Below the pieces are notes generated by a model. The model was not told where the DNA came from. It ran no database searches and saw nothing but the letters and a program-made list of their open reading frames with translations. 64,000 nt of DNA, taken from positions 11,654-75,653 of the forward strand of contig CALRIA010000001.1 of the NCBI GenBank assembly GCA_943359595.1. The letters are read 5' to 3'. Both the position numbers and the translations under genes were made by a program. This DNA is from Candidatus Magasanikiibacteriota bacterium. GTDB lineage: Bacteria > Patescibacteriota > Patescibacteriia > Magasanikbacterales > GWA2-37-8. Numbering within the stretch: the first letter of the stretch is position 1; the number at the start of each line of letters is the position of its first letter. Below are positions 57,614-64,000 of this stretch, piece by piece.

Positions 57614-58317
57614 TGTATATGAAAAATAAAGAATTGAGCATAATAATCCCAGCTTATTTGGAAGAAGAAAACTTAAAAATTATTCTACCACGTCTTAAAG
57701 ACGTGTTAAAAACAATAAGTGATAATTGTGAAATTTTAGTTGTTGATACTATTGAACCTAAGGATAATACAAAGAAAGTATGTAACGATAACGAAGCAAT
57801 TTATGTTAATAGAACTGGAGGTAATGATTATGGAGATGCGATCAGAACTGGGATTAAAAGTGTTAATGGTGAGTATACTATTTTTATGGATGCGGATGGT
57901 TCACATGATCCCGAATTTGTTAAAGTTTTATATGATAATAAAGAAAACCAAGATGTTGTCGTTGCTTCAAGATATATAAAAGGTGGTAATACAGAAAATA
58001 GTAAAATCTTGATTTTTATGAGTTTGATAGTTAATGTTATATATTCTTTAGTGTTGGGGATTAAATGTAATGATATTTCCAATAGTTTCAAATTATATAA
58101 AACAGCAGACTTAAAAGATTTGAAGTTAAATTGCAATAATTTTGATGTGGTTGAAGAAATAATATTTAAATTAAAAAAGAAAAAAAAGATTTTAAAAATA
58201 AAGGAAATTCCTTTTCTTTTTAAAAAAAGGATGTTTGGTAATACAAAAAGGAATTTATTTTTATTTATGTTGTCGTATATTGTTACTATTATTAAATTGC
58301 GATTTATCAAAGAATGA
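57613..58317 (+). CDS. GT2 glycosyltransferase (DPM1/polyprenyl-phosphate type)
   Basis: LSIIIPAYLEEENL...ILVVDT...FMDADGSHDP (DxD). Confidence 0.75.
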   Translation: MYMKNKELSIIIPAYLEEENLKIILPRLKDVLKTISDNCEILVVDTIEPKDNTKKVCNDNEAIYVNRTGGNDYGDAIRTGIKSVNGEYTIFMDADGSHDPEFVKVLYDNKENQDVVVASRYIKGGNTENSKILIFMSLIVNVIYSLVLGIKCNDISNSFKLYKTADLKDLKLNCNNFDVVEEIIFKLKKKKKILKIKEIPFLFKKRMFGNTKRNLFLFMLSYIVTIIKLRFIKE

Positions 58318-58341
58318 TAAATATTTATTAATATTATTTTT

Positions 58342-59610
58342 ATGAAAATATTGCTGAATAATAAAATTATTGAAAATTTTAAAAAATTGATTAAGCCGGT
58401 TTGTTTATTTTATGCCGTTGTTGCTTCTTTTCTAGTAGCGAATTTTCCAACAGTAAAATTCGCTTATGCTTTAAATATTAGCAGGGACAATGCTGTGTTA
58501 ATGCGCGGATTTATCTTTTTTATCGCTATAATTATTTTATTTTATTTTACTTTCAAAAATTTTTATAAATTAAAAGAATATTTGCTATGGGATGTATTTT
58601 TTCGTTCTGTAGCCGTCTTTTTATTTTTAGCAATCCTAGTTTCTACCCTGCGAGCTACTTATATGGGAGAAGTGTATGCAAACATTTCTTTATCACCTTT
58701 TGACCAAGATGTTGGTTTTTTTTATAGAAGAATATTGGAACCGGCAGTAGCATTTTTTTTACAATTAAAAGGTCAATTTTTGTATAGTTGCTTGCATTTT
58801 TTGATTACTTTTTCATCTATTTACATGATTATTTTGTGGTTAGAGAAAAAAGTATTGGTAAATTTTAAAATTTGGCAGTTGGTGAGTATAATGACGGCTG
58901 GAATGATAATACATCAATTTGAGGCGCCTGGTTATCCGGATCAGATAATTTTATTGCTAGCTTTATTGTCGTTCTTTGTTCCACTTAATAAATATGGAAG
59001 AATTAGTCTGTTGGCATTAATGTTTTTATCTCATGAGTCTGCAGCATTATTTCTTGGTTTTATTTTTAGCTGGTTTTATTTTCCTAAGGAAGAACGTTGG
59101 TATTACTTTTTATTACCGGTTAGCTATTATTTTTTATGGTTAGTCAATTATGATTTTAATTTTACCAATTTATTTTTGGGTCACTTATCATTAACTAATG
59201 AAAATGCTATAACTTTATTTTTTAAAAATATTAATTTAGCAGTACTGTCGGTATTTTTTGCCTATAAATTTTTGTGGATTTTGGTATTTATTGGTTGTTA
59301 TTTTTATTTTAAAGAAAAAAATTATAAACTCTTTTATCAAATCATTGTGATGGTTTTTGCTCCATTGGCACTTGTTATAGTTCCAGACACTTCTCGCGTT
59401 GTGGCTTGGGGTAATATTGGTGTTTTTTTAGCAATCGCTTGTTCTTCCAAACATTTAAGCGCTAGGGCATTTAATTTAATTTTAGTGTTAAATCTATTGT
59501 TACCTAGTGTTGCTGTTGGCACAGCTAGTGGTGGAGCTGTTTCTTATGCTGGTTTGTATGGTTTTGTAATTTATTTGTTTAAGTTATTGGTCAAGAATTA
59601 TTTAATGTAG
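58342..59610 (+). CDS. Polytopic membrane protein (422 aa), unknown function
   Basis: ~12 TM helices, aromatic-rich, no soluble domain. Confidence 0.6.
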   Translation: MKILLNNKIIENFKKLIKPVCLFYAVVASFLVANFPTVKFAYALNISRDNAVLMRGFIFFIAIIILFYFTFKNFYKLKEYLLWDVFFRSVAVFLFLAILVSTLRATYMGEVYANISLSPFDQDVGFFYRRILEPAVAFFLQLKGQFLYSCLHFLITFSSIYMIILWLEKKVLVNFKIWQLVSIMTAGMIIHQFEAPGYPDQIILLLALLSFFVPLNKYGRISLLALMFLSHESAALFLGFIFSWFYFPKEERWYYFLLPVSYYFLWLVNYDFNFTNLFLGHLSLTNENAITLFFKNINLAVLSVFFAYKFLWILVFIGCYFYFKEKNYKLFYQIIVMVFAPLALVIVPDTSRVVAWGNIGVFLAIACSSKHLSARAFNLILVLNLLLPSVAVGTASGGAVSYAGLYGFVIYLFKLLVKNYLM

Positions 59611-59624
59611 GTATAATTAATTTT

Positions 59625-60476
59625 ATGATAATAACAAAAATAAAATGCGGACTAGGGAATCAAATGTTTCAATATGCACTTGGCAAACGCTTGTCTTTGG
59701 ATTGGCACGATGAATTAAAGGTTGATCTAGCTTGGTTTAAAAATATTAAAGCTGGTGACATACCAAGAGATCTAGAAATTAATAGTTTTAACGTTGTTTT
59801 AAACGAAGCCAGTGAAACGGAGATTTATCGTTCAACGCCGTCCATTTTTTTTAGGGCGGTTGATAGAATTCTTGGACGTTTAAACAGAAATCATTTTTAT
59901 CGCTTTTACCCACAATTGTTAAGAAAGAAAAAAAATGTATATTTAGACGGGTATTATCAGAATTATAGATATTTTGAATCAATTAGAAATGTGTTATTAT
60001 CTGAATTTATATTAAAATTTGGATATAATCAAATAGTTGATGAAATAAAATCAAAAATTGAAATGGCTGGTGAATCGGTGGCTATTCATATTCGTCGCGG
60101 CGATTTTGCTACCACACGCAAAGGATATAACGGTCTTTGCGATTTGGCTTATTATCAAAAAGCACTGGATGTAATAAATAATAAATATTCAGAAGTTAAG
60201 TTGTTCGTTTTTTCTGATGATATTGAATGGGCTAAATTAAATTTAAAATTTTCTAGTCCGATGGTGTTTGTTTCTCGGCCTATTTTGAAACCAGCCGAAG
60301 AGTTATTTTTAATGAGTTTGTGTAAGCATCAAATTATTGCCAATAGTACGTTTAGCTGGTGGGCGGCGTGGCTAAATAAAAATTCTCAAAAAATTATTGT
60401 GTCTCCTAGCGTTTGGTTGGTGGCTCAAGATATTAACATTGATTATTTGTTGCCACCAGATTGGGTAAGATTGTAA
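59625..60476 (+). CDS. Alpha-1,2-fucosyltransferase (GT11)
   Basis: N-terminal IKCGLGNQMFQYALGKRLS is the GT11 hallmark. Later HIRRGDF and a C-terminal SxFSWW-type motif (STFSWWAAWL). Confidence 0.85.
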   Translation: MIITKIKCGLGNQMFQYALGKRLSLDWHDELKVDLAWFKNIKAGDIPRDLEINSFNVVLNEASETEIYRSTPSIFFRAVDRILGRLNRNHFYRFYPQLLRKKKNVYLDGYYQNYRYFESIRNVLLSEFILKFGYNQIVDEIKSKIEMAGESVAIHIRRGDFATTRKGYNGLCDLAYYQKALDVINNKYSEVKLFVFSDDIEWAKLNLKFSSPMVFVSRPILKPAEELFLMSLCKHQIIANSTFSWWAAWLNKNSQKIIVSPSVWLVAQDINIDYLLPPDWVRL

Positions 60477-60508
60477 ATTGAATATAATTTATTGGTTAAT
60501 AAAAAATT

Positions 60509-61285
60509 ATGCCAAAAATTAGTGTTGTAATCATAACTTATAATCGAGCTCCATATATTTGTGCTGCAATTGATAGTGTTGTTTGCCAAACTAATTCAGA
60601 TTGGGAGTTGTTAATTATTGATGATGCTTCAACCGATAATACAAAGTTGTTGATTGATAGTTATATTAATCGTGATTCTAGAATTAAATATATTAAAAAT
60701 CTTAATAATATTGGAATTAGTGCGTCACGTAATAAAGCTCTGCACGCAACTAGTGGAAAGTATGTGGCTATTCTGGACAGTGATGATATTTGGGCGGATG
60801 AAGAAAAACTACAAAAACAATGTAACTTTCTTGAAAATAATGTGGAATATGTAGTAGTTGGCGGGGCTGTGATAGTCTTAAATGAAAGAGGGGCTGTGAT
60901 ATTTCATTATAAAAATCCAATCACTGATATGGCAATCAGAAAAATAATATTATTACGGAATCCTTTTATAAATTCATCGGTCATGTTTGTTAGAGAAGTG
61001 GCTATAAAATGTGGTGGGTATGAAGATTATGTGGTAGGTGAAGATTATGATTTATTTTTAAAAATGGGACAACTTGGTAAAATGTACAATTTAAACGATT
61101 TTCTGGTTAGATATAGAAAGCATGATGCAGGAATTACCTGGTCTAAACGGGTTCGGGCGGCGCAAGATCATTTGGACATAATTAATAAATTTAAACAGGC
61201 ATATCCCAATTATTTTTTTGCTTTGATTAAAGGGTATGTGAGATTATTTTTGGCTAAATTTTTGTTTTGTAGTGATCATTGTTAA
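60509..61285 (+). CDS. Glycosyltransferase family 2
   Basis: ISVVIITYNRAPYI...LLIIDDASTDNT...ILDSDDIW. Confidence 0.8.
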   Translation: MPKISVVIITYNRAPYICAAIDSVVCQTNSDWELLIIDDASTDNTKLLIDSYINRDSRIKYIKNLNNIGISASRNKALHATSGKYVAILDSDDIWADEEKLQKQCNFLENNVEYVVVGGAVIVLNERGAVIFHYKNPITDMAIRKIILLRNPFINSSVMFVREVAIKCGGYEDYVVGEDYDLFLKMGQLGKMYNLNDFLVRYRKHDAGITWSKRVRAAQDHLDIINKFKQAYPNYFFALIKGYVRLFLAKFLFCSDHC

Positions 61286-61286
61286 T

Positions 61287-62390
61287 ATGAAAATATTATA
61301 TTTAATAACTAAATCAGAGATTGGTGGCGCCCAAACGCATGTAGGGCAGTTGGTTAAATTTTTTGTTCAAAATAACCACGAAGTCGTCGTGATGAGTCTG
61401 CCGGGTGGTTGGCTAGAAAATGAGGTAAAAAATATAGGGGCAAAGTTTGTTCCTAATATTTATTTTTCTAATAATTTAAATCCTGTTCGTTTTTTTTATG
61501 CAATTAGAATTATCAAAGAATTGGTCGAGGAGTTTAAGCCTGATTTAGTGGCTTGCCACAGCACTGCCGCAGGTTTTATTGGAAGAATCACAATTAGAAA
61601 TAGCGTGCCGACAATTTATACTGCTCACGGTTGGTCCTTTGAACCAGGTACACCTTTTTGGCGAAGGTTTCCGGGGATTTTGGCAGAAAAGTATGCCGCT
61701 AATTTTTGTAAAAAAATTATTTGTGTTTCAAAGAACACTCGTCGTATTGGCATAAAATTTAGAATTGCCAACCAAGATAAAATGGTGGTAATTTATAATG
61801 GTATTGAAAAATCAGATCTACAGAAGAATGTTGAAAACAGTAAACTTAAAATAATTTTTGTAGGAAGATTTTCAAAGCAAAAAAATCCAGAATTATTAAT
61901 AAGGGCGGCATCACGCTTACCAAATAATTTATTAAAACAAATTGAAATATTATTAATTGGTAATGGTCAAAAGACATATTTGATTAATAATTTAATCAAA
62001 CTAAATAAAAATTTATTTGTTAAAATTTTCCCAAGCGTTAACCGTGATGGTATAATTCAATTGTTACAAGATTCAGACATATTTGTACTTTCTACCAATT
62101 GGGAGGGGCTTCCTTATTCAATCTTGGAGGCCATGAGCGTTGGTTTGCCGGTGATAGCTACGGACGTTGGTGGAATAAATGAATTAGTAGACAGTAGTTG
62201 TGGTTTTTTGATAGAACGTGGTGATGTGGAGGGGCTGCAAAAGGCATTAGTCAATCTAATTTTAGATAAGGAGTTGAGGAAAAAAATGGGTGAAAATGCA
62301 AAAAAAATTATTGAAGATAAATTTTCTATGGATAAAATGCTGTTAGAAACAGAAAAAGTTTATAATGCAGTAATGAAAAATAAAATATGA
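61287..62390 (+). CDS. Glycosyltransferase family 4
   Basis: KILYLITKSEIGGAQTHV at the N-terminus. C-terminal STNWEGLPYSILEAMSVGLPVIATDVGG (E-x7-E). The ORF is open from 61272. Confidence 0.8.
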   Translation: MKILYLITKSEIGGAQTHVGQLVKFFVQNNHEVVVMSLPGGWLENEVKNIGAKFVPNIYFSNNLNPVRFFYAIRIIKELVEEFKPDLVACHSTAAGFIGRITIRNSVPTIYTAHGWSFEPGTPFWRRFPGILAEKYAANFCKKIICVSKNTRRIGIKFRIANQDKMVVIYNGIEKSDLQKNVENSKLKIIFVGRFSKQKNPELLIRAASRLPNNLLKQIEILLIGNGQKTYLINNLIKLNKNLFVKIFPSVNRDGIIQLLQDSDIFVLSTNWEGLPYSILEAMSVGLPVIATDVGGINELVDSSCGFLIERGDVEGLQKALVNLILDKELRKKMGENAKKIIEDKFSMDKMLLETEKVYNAVMKNKI

Positions 62391-63790
62391 AATTACTTTA
62401 CCTGGGTGCCGGTTTTGTCGGAACATGTTCTGCAGCAGTAATGGCTGATAGTGGTCATGATATTTTGATTTATGATATTGATCAAATAAAAATTAAAATG
62501 CTTGGCTCTGGCGATCGTGATTTGATCCAGAATTGTCTGTTTGAAGATGGGTTAGGTGATCTGTTGGTTCAAAATAAAGATCAAATAAAATTTTCTTCTG
62601 ATTATAATGACGTAGTAAAAAATCTGGATACATTAGATGCCGTCTTTATGTGTCTACCAACTCCAGAAAAGAAAGGTTCAAAAGGAGAATCTGACTTGTC
62701 TTATTATTATTTGGCCGCCGAAGAATTAGCTAAAAATTTAGCCAAAAGAAATGGTGAGGCACAAAATAAATATATAGTGATAATTAATAAAAGTACCGTG
62801 CCGATTGAAATGATTGATGAGACGGAAAAAATAATGAAAAAACATGGCGTCAAAAATTTTGGTTTAGCTTCTAACCCAGAATTTTTGGTAGAAGGCAAGG
62901 CAATTTATGGTTCTTTGAAACCAGATCGCATTGTTATTGGGGCTTGGACTGAGGAAGATTTTAAAATTATTCGTAATATCTACCAGAGATTTTATTCTTC
63001 ACCAACAGTAAAATATATTGAAGTCAATCCTAAAGAAGCGGCCGCTGGAAAACTATTGGCTAATTATTATTTATTTAGTAAGTTAGCGATTTGTTACGAT
63101 GTGATTGGCCGCACTTGTGAGACGTTTGATAATTTGCAATTTGAAAATTTAAGAAAAATTATTAGTACTGATCCTCGTCTAGGTAGTTGGGGGTTATTTG
63201 ATAGTTTTTTTGCTGGCGGTAGTTGCTTTATTAAAGATACTGCTTCGTTGGCCTATCAATTGGAGGAAAAGGGTGTGGACGTATCCTATATTAAGGAAAG
63301 TTTGCGTATAAATAATTTCCAATGTGATAATTTCTATAATCGCGCTGGTAGCGAAGCCCAATTTAGTTTTAAAAATAAAGCAGTAGCGATTTTGGGCGTG
63401 GCTTTTAAAAGAGATACTAATGATGTGCGTAATTCTGGAGCGATAGAAATAGTTAATAAGTTGTTAGATGATCAAGTAAAAGAAATAAAAATTTATGATC
63501 CAGCTGCTATGTGGATGTTTAAAAAAGTTTTTGATGTCGAGAAAGATTCGCGATACAAGGTCATTAATTATTATAATTCTGAAAAAGATTCTTTGTCTGG
63601 AACAAGTGCTTGTATGATTTTAACTGATTGGCCAAAATTTAGAGAAATTGGCAGCGTTATTAAACAAAAATGCCCCGCTCCATATTTAATTATGGATGGT
63701 CGTCGAATGCTGTCGGCTCAATTTGATGAATTACAGAATTTAGGTTATGATATCATCGCAGTCGGTAGTCCATTTTTAAAAGGAAAATAA
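62387..63790 (+). CDS. Nucleotide-sugar 6-dehydrogenase (UDP-glucose/GDP-mannose dehydrogenase family)
   Basis: [21 protein letters not shown]-terminal NAD motif. Catalytic-Cys region GGSCFIKDT. 467 aa. Confidence 0.85.
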   Translation: MKLLYLGAGFVGTCSAAVMADSGHDILIYDIDQIKIKMLGSGDRDLIQNCLFEDGLGDLLVQNKDQIKFSSDYNDVVKNLDTLDAVFMCLPTPEKKGSKGESDLSYYYLAAEELAKNLAKRNGEAQNKYIVIINKSTVPIEMIDETEKIMKKHGVKNFGLASNPEFLVEGKAIYGSLKPDRIVIGAWTEEDFKIIRNIYQRFYSSPTVKYIEVNPKEAAAGKLLANYYLFSKLAICYDVIGRTCETFDNLQFENLRKIISTDPRLGSWGLFDSFFAGGSCFIKDTASLAYQLEEKGVDVSYIKESLRINNFQCDNFYNRAGSEAQFSFKNKAVAILGVAFKRDTNDVRNSGAIEIVNKLLDDQVKEIKIYDPAAMWMFKKVFDVEKDSRYKVINYYNSEKDSLSGTSACMILTDWPKFREIGSVIKQKCPAPYLIMDGRRMLSAQFDELQNLGYDIIAVGSPFLKGK

Positions 63791-63795
63791 AATAT

Positions 63796-64000
63796 ATGTC
63801 AAAATTAGTAGTTACTGGCGGAGCCGGATTTATCGGCTCACATTTAGTAGATAGATTAATCGAACTTGGTCATCAGGTTGTGGTGATTGATAATTTATTG
63901 CTAGGTAAAAAAAGTTTTGTAAATAAAAAAGCAAAATTTATTAAGGCAGATATTAGAGATTTTAATAAAATTAAAAAATGTTTTTCTGGTGCTGAAGCAA
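63796..64000 (+). CDS. NAD-dependent nucleotide-sugar epimerase/dehydratase (GalE-like), 3' truncated by the window edge
   Basis: [35 protein letters not shown]. Confidence 0.7.
   Translation, partial: MSKLVVTGGAGFIGSHLVDRLIELGHQVVVIDNLLLGKKSFVNKKAKFIKADIRDFNKIKKCFSGAEA

Noticed and set aside
57828-58310. 160-aa minus-strand ORF
   Set aside because: It is antisense to a clear GT2 gene, and its Phe/Leu/Ile/Lys/Asn-rich composition is typical of AT-rich antisense frames.
1-64000. CRISPR arrays, transposases, integrases, rRNA genes
   Set aside because: No regularly spaced direct repeats, no DDE/tyrosine-recombinase-like ORFs and no rRNA-like conserved segments were found on either strand.

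Overview
Low-GC (~30-33%) bacterial contig with compact, overlapping genes, a tRNA-Val of bacterial type and an ECF sigma factor; the gene content is suggestive of a Patescibacteria/CPR-like organism, but that is inference. The first ~20 kb holds housekeeping and cell-envelope genes: metK, an amino-acid permease, two glycoside hydrolases, tRNA-Val, and an ECF sigma/anti-sigma pair in front of a 1261-aa secreted surface protein. Three short GC-rich islets interrupt this part, one of which carries a convergent uridine phosphorylase + 2OG-Fe(II) oxygenase pair beside tRNA-Val. From 20.4 kb to the window end (>43 kb) about 40 genes lie on the + strand with almost no intergenic space, forming one glycan-biosynthesis supercluster. 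It encodes GDP-fucose (gmd, fcl), GDP-L-galactose-type (GDP-mannose 3,5-epimerase), CDP-3,6-dideoxyhexose (rfbF/rfbG/rfbH-E1/rfbE-like) and C-methyl sugar (C-methyltransferase + FdtA-like cupins) pathways. It also has at least 14 glycosyltransferases (GT2, GT4, GT11), a Wzx flippase, an O-antigen-ligase-like protein and three large polytopic membrane proteins. The most unusual content is a contiguous module of a split transketolase, a DmpF-like acetylating acetaldehyde dehydrogenase, a DmpG-like 4-hydroxy-2-oxovalerate aldolase and a YerE/acetolactate-synthase-like ThDP enzyme, sitting between rfbF/rfbG and rfbH. I interpret it as an undescribed route to a C-branched (two-carbon or longer) dideoxy sugar with a dedicated C2-unit supply. 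No rRNA, CRISPR array, transposase or integrase was seen.
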